From positions 19,282,001 to 19,346,000 of the forward strand of contig OZ210885.1 in the NCBI GenBank assembly GCA_964658305.1: a stretch of DNA of 64,000 nt, given 5' to 3'. The position numbers and the translations under genes are program-made. The stretch is from Leptogorgia sarmentosa (Eukaryota). The notes below the pieces were generated by a model. That model had not been told where the DNA came from, searched no databases, and saw only the letters and a program-made list of their open reading frames with translations. Position 1 is the stretch's first letter. Each line of letters begins with the position of its first letter. This document shows, one piece after another, positions 27,110-37,490 of the stretch.

Positions 27110-30100
27110 ATGTATTGTCCTGTGTATGGATGTAATAGTGACAGCCAGCAGAAATCAGATAACGAAACCCTTCACTTCTTCCGTTTTCCTGATGGCAAAA
27201 CCTCGCAACAAAAGAGCCGTAGAAAGGCTTGGATAGAATTCTGTAAACGGAAAGCCTTTACACCTTCTAATTGCACTCGAATTTGTTCCCTTCATTTTAC
27301 CGAGGATGCATATGAACCCGCACATTCTCCTCAATTTCTTGAAAGAATCGGATGGAAAGAGAAAATGAGCGTGCGCTTGAAGGCCGATGCCCTACCAACG
27401 ATAAACAAGGTTGCACGGAAAGATGAATCGCCGAAAACAAGGCCATTCGCAGAAAAAAGACTTCGAGAAAAGGTATTATTTTGAATCGCATTTTTCAATA
27501 AACTATGGCTTGTTTCATATCCTTATCTCTTTGGAATTTCATATTAGAATCTTGAAGAGTGGCTGATGTCGTGTTCTTCAACAGAAGAATACTCAGATGA
27601 AACTGACATAACCAGCGACGAAACTGACGACAGTGACTGCCATTCTCGAGGACAATCAGACTCAGACGGGGAAGAAGCACTAAACAGTTCGCATAACGAC
27701 GAATTCGTTTACTTTCCGCGAATACGATCAAAATACACGCAAACTTCGCCCAAGCTTATGAATAAATCGCAAAAAAGGTCAGTGAAGACACAGACGTACA
27801 TCACATTCGGATCTGCTGCGTTGCTGAAGATGGACGACCAATTGTGCAAAGTCAGTGGAACTAGCAATGTAGACGAACTTAACCTCCATGCAGAAATAGC
27901 AAGTTTTGAAGACCAACAGCATACGACTGATAGTGTAAGTTGTGTGACGCCATGCGGGGTTGAACGCCCGTTGATCACAAAACCCAATGAACACATTTCT
28001 TCACTGCAAATGACAGCCACCAGCGATATACCCACGGCTGCGGGAAATTTGACCAAAATCGTTCAACCTACTCCAAGCATTACCTTTGCTGAAAATGAAA
28101 TATGGAGTGACATGGATGAACCAGAAACAGAAACAGAAAGTGAGACCTACAGCGATGATGGGGACTCTGAATCTGACAGTACGACTGGAGAAGATTACAA
28201 AGCTGACTATGTCCTATCCCAGGGAAAACCCCCAGAGAAGCAAATGAAATTCGTTGTTTTTGAGGAAGCTGTCATTCAAGCCTTTCTTAAATGTAAACAG
28301 TGTGGAACTAAATGCACAGTTGCATTGAAACATCATACTGGTTCTCATTGTGTCATTTCTGTGTCATGCGAAGCTAATGCGGCCCACAATTTGCTCTGGT
28401 CAACTGGTCCCATAAGTAACAATTTGCCAATATTCAACTTGTTACTTGCCACTGTTGTATTCTGCACAGGAATGGAATCAACAAAAGTTCTGCGATTGTT
28501 TAGCACCTTGAATTTAGCACCAAGCATAAAGTACCGCCAATTGTCCAGCTTGACAAAGTTTTACGTGATCCCAGGTGTTTATGCTGTGTGGAGACGGGAA
28601 CAATCATCACAACTTGAAGAAATCAAAGGGAAATCTATCACTGTTGCTTCTGACATGCGGGTTGACAGCCCTGGCCACAGTGGTTTATTTGGTGCTGGCA
28701 GCACATTGGAAATGAATAGGAACATAGTGCTTGATACACAGATAATCAAGGTAAAGTAATACAGTATCTCTCCAGACTGCAGCAAATAAAGGACAACCAT
28801 TTTATTTTTGGTGACTCCCTCCCCCCCAATAACCTCCCAATGTTTACCATTCCTCCTGGTGGTTGTATTAAATGAAAATGAAATATTCTCCAATTAATAT
28901 TATATCTTGGTATAATTGTGTTTTAATTTAGTCAACTGAAGTAAAGAATTCCAATGCCATGGAACTAGAAGCCTTAAAAAGACAGATTCATTATCTCCAA
29001 CAGAGTGGTGTTAATATCAATAAGCTTGTAACTGATCGCCACACCCAGGTATCCGCATACATGGCTAAGGAACAAGCAAGCATACAACATGCTTATGATG
29101 TTTGGCATGTAGCAAAAGGTAATTAATTGTACCATGTTTGCATTGAGAGTGGTTTAGCAGAAACAGCAAAATTGTATAATTATTATTCTCATCACTTAAA
29201 GTTTAGACCCCTCCTGTTGCATGATATTACAATGCATTTCATGGCCCTGAAAAGGGTGACATCTCTTAATAATTCACCCATTCAGGTACTGTATGTCAGG
29301 TAGCAAGGTCTCTACAGATAAGTACATTCTGGTTGGTAGGGTACTTGACATGCAAAAGGGGACTTATTGCTTCCAAAGTTAAAAAGGAAATGTAACACAC
29401 CATACTACTGTACATAACAGGCTTTTCATGTTGCAATTACAGTATTTATCACACTTTATTTATTTAGGAGTAAAGAAGAAACTCACAAAAATTGCAAAGA
29501 GCAAGAAGTTTCAGTCCATTAAACCCTGGATTGCAGTAAGCAGATATATCCTTTCAATGAAACATTATCTTGTTAATTACTGTGCCAATAAGCTACATTT
29601 GTTACATATACTGTACCTAATTTTAGGTATACTTTTTCTAGTCCATAGTTAATCACATATATTGGGTAGCAAATTCAAGTAGTAATGAAGATGAAAGAGA
29701 AGAAAAGTGGAAGAGCATCCTTAACCATGTTACAAATGTTCACATACATGCTGATCACAAAATTTATAAAGAATGCCTCCATGGTCCAGTTGAGAGAGCA
29801 TGGTTGACTCCAGGTACTACCATCCATACAACAGTATACCATTTGTCATTACCCAGAGTAACATATCAAGATGCATGCAACTCCTGTCAGTATCAGGCAA
29901 TTCCACCATAATATAACATCAGACAGTTATAACTGTACAAGTTATAACTGTACAATCTATTACTGCCTGAGGTTATATTAATTTGGTATGTTGCTTTTCA
30001 GGATCTGCTGTCTACAAGAAGTTATGTGAGGTACTTGCCAATCCAAGGCTGATCACTGGTATTCGTAAACTCTCTCAGTATCACCAGACCTCTGGTCTAG

Positions 30101-30843
30101 AATCAAAACATTCACTGGATAACTTAATGGCTTCAAAAAATATATACTACTCATATCATTCACTCAGTGCAAGGTGAGTTAAATAAATAAAATATGAGTG
30201 ACTGTAACCACTGGCAGCTCTCTGCAGTATGTTCATGTTTTCCTGTAGACTGTACTGTGCAAATCTACATTACAATGAAAATAGCAATCGACCACAAGCA
30301 ACTAGAAAAGATGGGAAACTTAAGTGGTCAATAGCTTACCCTAAAGCATTCAAAGGAGAGAAGGTTATAGCTAAACCACTCAAGGAAAAGCCAACTTACG
30401 GTATGAATATATTGTGTTGTTTAATATACAATTAATTTTATAGGCTTTTTTAAAAAATGTTCAACTCAAATCACAAACTTATTCACAATGAGTTTATCTG
30501 TTTAGGATACATCTCACAAATAATGGATAATGTACTCCATCTCCACTCTGACCATCCAACATTGAAAAAGGCTTCAATTTACTCCAAAAGCATTCTCCCA
30601 CCTGAACCACCATCCTTAATTGAAAAGTACACCAAAGGGAAAGAACGACCAAAGCGAGAGGAAGTTGTTGCCAACCGTCATTCTCGTTTTTCCAAGCCAG
30701 CATTACCTGAAAGTCCAATAAATATTTCAGTTTGCATATGCAAAGGGAAATGTGCTACCAAAGCATGTTCTTGTAGAAGCAAGAAGAGGGAATGCAGCAA
30801 TGAATGTGGCTGTGATGTTGCCAAATGTAAAAATAGGGTGTAA
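27110..30843 (+). CDS. Kolobok THAP-DDE transposase, 8 exons, C-terminal Cys-rich (CXC-like) cluster
   Basis: Exons ~27110-27472, 27548-28750, 28932-29118, 29468-29535, 29642-29813, 30002-30173, 30249-30400, 30506-30843 join in frame by hand via GT-AG; THAP C2CH, DMRVDSPGH, VTDRH, DVWH, TSGLESKHS, HYNEN. Confidence 0.88.
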
Positions 30844-31364
30844 AATATAAAATAATGTAATATATCATTGGTTTAATAGGTACAGTACTGTATACAGCTA
30901 ATGCACCAGTCATTGATTTTTTACAGTTTGTAGGTGTGAACTCTTTAATGTGTATACAGTTCTTTTTACAGTTGTCCAGTAGCTCTAGATTACCTAACAC
31001 AATACCCATATGCTTTGACATTGTTGCAATGTGAAAGTGGCTTACTGCAAGTTACCCTTGCACTGAACGTTCATAGTTCATACATAGTTTAAGGTTTTTG
31101 AAGGATAACCTTTTTTGAATTAGCTGTATACAGTATGGTACAATTACAATAGTTCATGTATATATATATATACATATAATTATACGTTCATGACGTTAGT
31201 TCATATTTATTATTTATACTGTAATATTAGGTTAAACAAATAATAGGAACTTGACATTTTTATTATTTTTGACTCAAATCTGTATTGGAGTTTACAACAT
31301 TGTATAGTAATCATGGATGAATTTTCCTTAAATAATAAAAAATAAGATAGATTTTAAATTTTAA

Positions 31365-31967
31365 TTACCTCTTCACTTTGGCGTATTTGAAGTGCGAATA
31401 CAGTCCATCTGGCGATGCAAACTTCGCTCGAATTTTCGCATATATGCAAGATGGAAAAGGTCTCCTTCTCTTTTTACCTAGGATCTGAAAGACCCACCTC
31501 GAACAGCGCTGATAAGCCACTAATCGATACAGTTTATGTACTCTTTCTAAGTCTTGGTCATCGAGAGGCCAGTTGTCCTCGAGATAGCGACAAATATCGA
31601 CTTTCAACACAGCATCAGACAGCATATTTTCTGTAAACTCGGAGAGGCACGTTATGCAGGACTTGCCGCTTCCTTCAGCATTTGCAACCAGGGCGTCATA
31701 CTCGTCATATTCTATAGCCTTCTCATAACAGCAGAAGCTTTCTATGGTTTTTGTTTGCAGACTACAATGCCCACACTTGCACCAGCTAAGCGTTTTAAGA
31801 CGCCAACAGTTCGCAGTTTCAAAAGCTATGTCAACGACTTCTTCATCCTGTGACGACTCAGAGTCAGAACCACTTTCATCGCTAATATCACCGTTTTCGT
31901 TTAAAACAACCGGTTCAAACTGATACGGTACAATTTCTCCCATTTGGTTTTCGTGGATTTCGTCCAT
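31365..31967 (-). CDS. KolX accessory protein (P2X7 C-terminal-like Cys-rich domain), intronless
   Basis: PYQFEP, WCKCGHC..ESFCCYE, CITC, YRLVAY, LGKKRRRPFPSC motifs. Confidence 0.9.
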   Translation of the reverse strand: MDEIHENQMGEIVPYQFEPVVLNENGDISDESGSDSESSQDEEVVDIAFETANCWRLKTLSWCKCGHCSLQTKTIESFCCYEKAIEYDEYDALVANAEGSGKSCITCLSEFTENMLSDAVLKVDICRYLEDNWPLDDQDLERVHKLYRLVAYQRCSRWVFQILGKKRRRPFPSCIYAKIRAKFASPDGLYSHFKYAKVKR

Positions 31968-32542
31968 AGTATGGCCAATTTTAGGGACGAAGTTCGATAA
32001 AACCTTCCGACAAAGTAATATAACTTACTTAGTAAAGACATTCACTCTGCCGGTCGCGTGCTCCCCTGCCAATGACGTCACACGTCTCAAACAATACGCG
32101 CGTATAATTTTTCAAAACCTTATTCCAAGATGGCGGACGCTATTCATAATTACGGCGAATTCATTGGATTTTTGCTAGCAGTCAAGTAATTTTCATCGCA
32201 AATGAGAGGTAACTCATTACTAACACGACCATAGAGAACCAAATTCTACAATAAAAAAATCCGTTGCCGATGTCCTTTAAGACTGCTTGTTTGTTAAATT
32301 TGAGTTAGAAATGAACGAGTAATGTTATTTTTAGTAAGTGTGATTGGACAATTTAATTAAAAATTTTATTAAAAATTTAACTTTAGTTGGTTACAATCAT
32401 TCAATGTGGCCGCCATCTCTCAGCACACACAAATCACTTCGACGTTGCATTTCCGTGCAACTCTTCTTATTAGTTCATGATTTCCATGTAAAGCATCAAC
32501 CTCGTTCCCAGGTAAAGCATCTGCTTCAAGCTATATCTCCTG

Positions 32543-32781
32543 GGGCTGGTTGTACGAAGCCCGTTTAGCCTAAACGGTGGATAAGCCAAAATTTAATAAC
32601 ACTTTCACAATTCTTGTAAACGCATGAATTTAAATTTCATGCACTAAATACGTAGTGGCAGTCATAGATGTTCTATTCATGTTGAAAAGTTTCAGTTTTG
32701 TTGTTCAATGAATTAATCGACTTGTTTTTATTTTTTATCTTATCCGCCGTTTACGTTAAACAGGCTTCGTACAACCGGCCC
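32543..32781. mobile_element. Harbinger-type MITE, copy 2
   Basis: Closely similar to 25336-25572; flanks CTG / CCG. Confidence 0.85.
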
Positions 32782-33158
32782 CCGGTATTTACGTATGTTA
32801 CGCCAAACGGTCGTCAAATTTGGGTCTTGTCGATCCGGGAAAGCTATTCGAAACAATCTTAAAACTTCTTTAATATAAAAGTTCCTTCTGCTGTAGTGAG
32901 CTGTGGCATGATGCCTAAGACTTTAAAATTATTTCGCGAAAATATTTCAAACAAAATATTCACATGCAACAATAAACGTCCCCTTCGGAATTACAAACGT
33001 CGAATTCGAAGCATCTAAAAATGACTGCTTGCAGTAAATAACTTATTTTGAAGTCCTAAATGGCCTAAAAAGTCACAATCGACCAATTATTGAGTAGAAA
33101 AAAGATAGGGCTAAAACATGAACTAAAAGTTAAGACATGGAAATCTATATTATTTTGG

Positions 33159-33229
33159 TTATAAAGGGGTGTTGCAAAAACCTGGGCTGGTCCATGGACC
33201 AGCCCAGGTTTTCACAACACCCGTTATAA
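33159..33229. repeat. Loopless ~70-bp near-perfect palindrome
   Basis: GGGTGTTG.AAAAACCTGGGCTGGTCCA|TGGACCAGCCCAGGTTTT..CAACACCC flanked by TTATAA on both sides. Confidence 0.85.
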
Positions 33230-36200
33230 AGCCTTAAACTTGGATTGCGTTTTTTTGTATACACTCTGTACATTATAATAGAATAAGTTTCCTGTTTTCG
33301 ATCTAGTGCACAACAGAACACAATACAATGCACTGGATAACCTTTCTTGCAAAATTCATATGTACATGTTTTAATAATATCTTTGTATGTACTGTGTATG
33401 TACTATGTATGTATATTCTGACCTATAGAAACCGTCTAATTTAGGCTTCACGCAAAGCAACTAAATTGCCATACACTTCAGGATTGAACTTCCCAACAGT
33501 CCAAACACTTTGGCAAAATTCATCGATGTATTTGCGATTGCCTTTCAGTACTACAGCTCCATTTGGGACATGACAATGGCTATCAACGAACAGGATAGAA
33601 GATGGACGTAAAATGAAAACCGACGACTTGTCGGAAATGTTAAAAACAGCAAATTGATTAGCTTCGTCATCAAGGAGCATTTGAAGTTGTGCCGCGACAG
33701 TTGACGGTCGGTGGGAATCGATAAGACGAACGGGCAAAGGACTATCTGGAATCAACGAAATAATTCCAGACAAAATGTCACATGCTTCAGCAGTAGATAA
33801 ATATCGAGAAGGCAAGTTCTCTCGGAAATCATCGTATACTTTATTCCCAAGCTCCATAGATCGAACAAGTAAACTTAACCAGTCTTCAGTAAGTGGTCCA
33901 ATTTCTGGATCTGGAATGTTCATGGCATGAACTAAATGACCAGTGACCAATGCAATTATGCTACAGGCACTACTACCATTTCTTCCTCCAACGGATCCTT
34001 GGTTGATATCAAAAGGAAGTTTCCATACTAAACACTGATTATCAAGCACTTCGGCGTTAATTTCATTCAGAATGGTACTATTTCCAGTATCTGTTATACT
34101 GTTATAGCTGGTCAATAAAGATTCATGTTCATCTATCTCATCTTCATCTTCATCATCAGCGTCCTCTTCGTCATCGGCGTTGCATTCTTCCACATTTTCT
34201 GAGCTCAAAGCAAACTCCAAATTCTCTAACAACTTTTGAGACGAAGTGGTATCAATTATTTCTCGGAAAAGGTCAACCCCAAATGATAGCTGATTGATGG
34301 CGTAATCCAATCCTCTTCGCAGTAACGCCACTTTTCCGTTGACAACGGATCGTTCTCTTGAGTCATATGAATATCTTCCCTACAAAAACATCTTACTTTA
34401 ATATCTTATTGACATCAGCAAAATAAATAATTCCGTTTTGCGACATGGTCAAGTGACAAATCCAGACGAAAACCGAAATTCCTGAAAAGAACATTTAGGT
34501 TATATAGAATAAATTAAGAGTGAATATCTTTGCCATACAATGTTTGGCATATCTTCATCTTCGTGAACCTCTAAGTCACATGTTGGAATTTCACCTAATA
34601 TAAAACATAAGAATATAAATAGTTGGAAAAATGTGTCACACAGTATATACCGAATAATATAATATATTGATGTATACGATTTAAATATACGAACGCTCAC
34701 CTTCCATTGAACATTCTGATGTTAAATTTACAAGCTGTAATTCCATTTTTGGAATTAATTTTTGTTTGTAATATTCGATATAATTCCCCATTTCCCTTCT
34801 TACAACATCAACTTCTTCCAAGTATCGTCGGCGTTCCATTTCCTGTTCGGCAACATTCTTCTTTACACGAATAGAGATTCCTTTGAAATACACATAACGT
34901 GGACTAAGACAATAAAATACACTGAACATTACAGTACCCCATATAATACAACAGTGTTTCATGCACAATGCAATGCAATGAAATGCAATACAAAACAATA
35001 CAAGCTGAAATGTGCAGTTTAAGCTAACCGTTACTTTCTTGTTTAGATTTCCAAGGAAATTTTCCACATTCCACATCTGCTGCCATTAAATGATTTGCAG
35101 TATCTAACGTGTTGTAATCCGTAACGTACTCTTTCAGTACTGTCTGACAGGACGTTATCTTCCGGCAAAGGCGACTGCGTTGCTTGGAGGATCCTATGAA
35201 ACCAAAGATATGGAAAACAACTCAAATCACTTTCAACACAAAAACCATTATTTCTACTGTAACAATTTTATTGTACGAGTTGATGGTATACATAACAACA
35301 ATGGTAAAATTCACTCCTACATGTCACACTAACCTGCCAGTTTATTCATATTAATTACTGTCTGATTAATGGTGAAATGCGAACTCTGCATGTTTTTCTC
35401 CAAGTATTTTGAAACATGTTCTTTCAGTGATATTTTTCCGCGTTTCAAGGTGTCTTCCCAGTCCTCACTCAGGTTTTTTGCCGACTCTCTCATTAGTAAA
35501 GCGTCTTTAGATGCCATGCTTTTGTAATGACGAGGAAATATCTTCGGGGCGTATTTAAGAAGAAGTTTTTCGTTTTGGATACATTTGTTCTCCGAAACAA
35601 ACCCATCACACCGAAATGCTTTTTCTTCTTTTGACAAAATGGCCTTTTTTCTTTGCAGCAAGTCGTCTTCTATGTATATGTAGAAAGATACATAATCAGT
35701 TATCAGTTTAAAAGATGATTCGACACAATTTCAATTTCTTACTATTATACCAATACCGACTTTACCTCTGGCAACTTCTTTAACTTCGTCTATCCATTGA
35801 GACAAAATTAATGACTCGTCGCTGTCAATGCCCATGTCTAACAACGTATTTTTCACTTTTTTTTGCAAAAGGTCTGCTTGCTGTTTGAACTATTGAAAAC
35901 GAGCAAAATCTGCTATATCCACATCGTAAGAGTCACAAAAACATACACTATAAATAAGGTCCTTCCATACTACGACGTACCTTCAGATATCGTTTGGCTA
36001 AAGCTAAAGGCATTTTCTCAACTTTCCATTTATTCCATGTCAAAGCATGCTCAGTCAGAAGCTCTTCTCTACCTGCAGCAGAATTATATCGATCGTGTAT
36101 TAAGTGAAGCACCACCACTGTAGCACGGTATATGTATATAAAGAACGAAATAAAATGCTAATAAAATGCTCCTGAATTGTTGCCCTTGCTTATTGAACCC

Positions 36201-36555
36201 TTACAAATTGAACACTACAGCTGACATAGAAACGAATTTAATTTCCGGAAATATCTATCTAATTATTAGCTAAATTGATTTTTTCATGTGTACCTTCAGG
36301 GAGCATGTGCTTCGTGGTGTTGCCCAATCTAGAGAAGTGACTGTTAATTTGTTCCACTTCTTCTCCAGTCGTACCAGCAGCAGACGTCTACCACCCCATA
36401 AAACCTATACCGAATAGAATTCTAGGTTAAGAAGAGTTAACCAAGCAAACAAAAAAGTTAACCTTTTTCGTTTTGGATACATTTGTTCTCCGAAACAAAC
36501 CTATCATACAGAAATGCTTTTTCTTCATTTGACAATTGATCTATTGTATATTATA

Positions 36556-36690
36556 CAATAGAATCTCGAACCCGGTTATCTCGAACTCAGAGCCAGTTCC
36601 CTTGAAACCTATAGTACATTTATATCAACCCCCGCTATTTCGAACAAATTCTCGTTGCCCTTGACAGTTCGAGATAGCGAGATTCTACTG
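36556..36690. mobile_element. Small Tc1/pogo-type MITE
   Basis: TA|CAATAGAATCTCG...CGAGATTCTACTG|TA with internal TCGAAC motifs. Confidence 0.75.
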
Positions 36691-37419
36691 TAAGATTGTC
36701 AGTTTTTGTGTATTGATTTAGTAAAAATCGACATATACGGACTTGCCTGACAACTCCAGCTATGAGCTTTTGCGTGCATCACAGACAATCCAGGCTTCAT
36801 CTAGATTGGCTTTCTTCCGCCCAGCATTACCAGCTGCTCTCCATGTGCTGTCCCCACATGTAGAATCTCCGGTGTTTGCCTTAACAATTACGATAAATCT
36901 AGATTATTCCCGGTCCCCCCCCTTATTTCAAGATTTTAAGAACGCATAGCTCCTACTAACCTCACACTTCTTTCCACTTCTATATATGCTCTGTATGTGC
37001 TCATCAACGTTTTCGGAAGATGCCACAAAAGTTTCACTGTAGTAGCATTTCCTTTGACGTCTGTAAAAAGTCAATTCTATGTTTACTCCATGCATAATCG
37101 ATTGGTTAATAAGACGCACATCATCTAAAGAAGTGAAACACAATTCTTACTGTCCAGCTGATTTAAAGCGATAAAGCTTCATGTTGCCATCAACATGGGC
37201 GGAGTGCTGGTCCAACGAGCAAGCTGGGCAGTCCATCCACATCTTACATTCCAATTGTTCAAGTTCGAACATACAAAATTTCCATTCTTTGAATGCCCTG
37301 TTAAATGTGGATATGTTTATGGTACCAATCTAGAAGCACAAAAGAACAGATCTGACACATTTAATTATATGTTCAATTTAATAGGAACATACACTACACA
37401 AAATTAATTACTAGAAATA

Positions 37420-37490
37420 GCATTGACTGGGATTTGAACCCAGACCAGCTGCTTTGAAAGCAATGGTGCTAGCCATTACACCATCAATGC
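37420..37490 (-). tRNA. tRNA-Gly(UCC)-like cloverleaf with anticodon UCA; may be a pseudogene
   Basis: Acceptor GCATTGA/TCAATGC 7/7, D stem GTGT/GCAC, anticodon arm ATTGC-TTTCAAA-GCAGC, T arm CTGGG-TTCAAAT-CCCAG. Confidence 0.6.

Larger units (their letters stand above)
26810..32276 (+). mobile_element. Kolobok DNA transposon, apparently intact
   Basis: TTAA TSD at 26806-26809 and 32277-32280; 154-bp TIRs (26810-26963, 32123-32276) with no mismatch seen; convergent transposase and KolX genes. Confidence 0.95.
26699..33268. mobile_element. Tc1/mariner-type non-autonomous element hosting a Kolobok, a MITE and a palindrome
   Basis: TA|CAGGGTGTCTCAAAAAAAACGCAATCC...GGATTGCGTTTTTTTGTATACACTCTG|TA; the flanks rejoin as the tandem-unit sequence TATACATTATAATAGAA. 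Confidence 0.85.

Noticed and set aside
31365..31967. Host P2X7 receptor gene
   Set aside because: Only the Cys-rich C-terminal-like domain is present, with no channel region, inside Kolobok TIRs; this is KolX.
37420..37490. Selenocysteine tRNA
   Set aside because: Lacks the long variable arm and extended acceptor stem; the body resembles tRNA-Gly.
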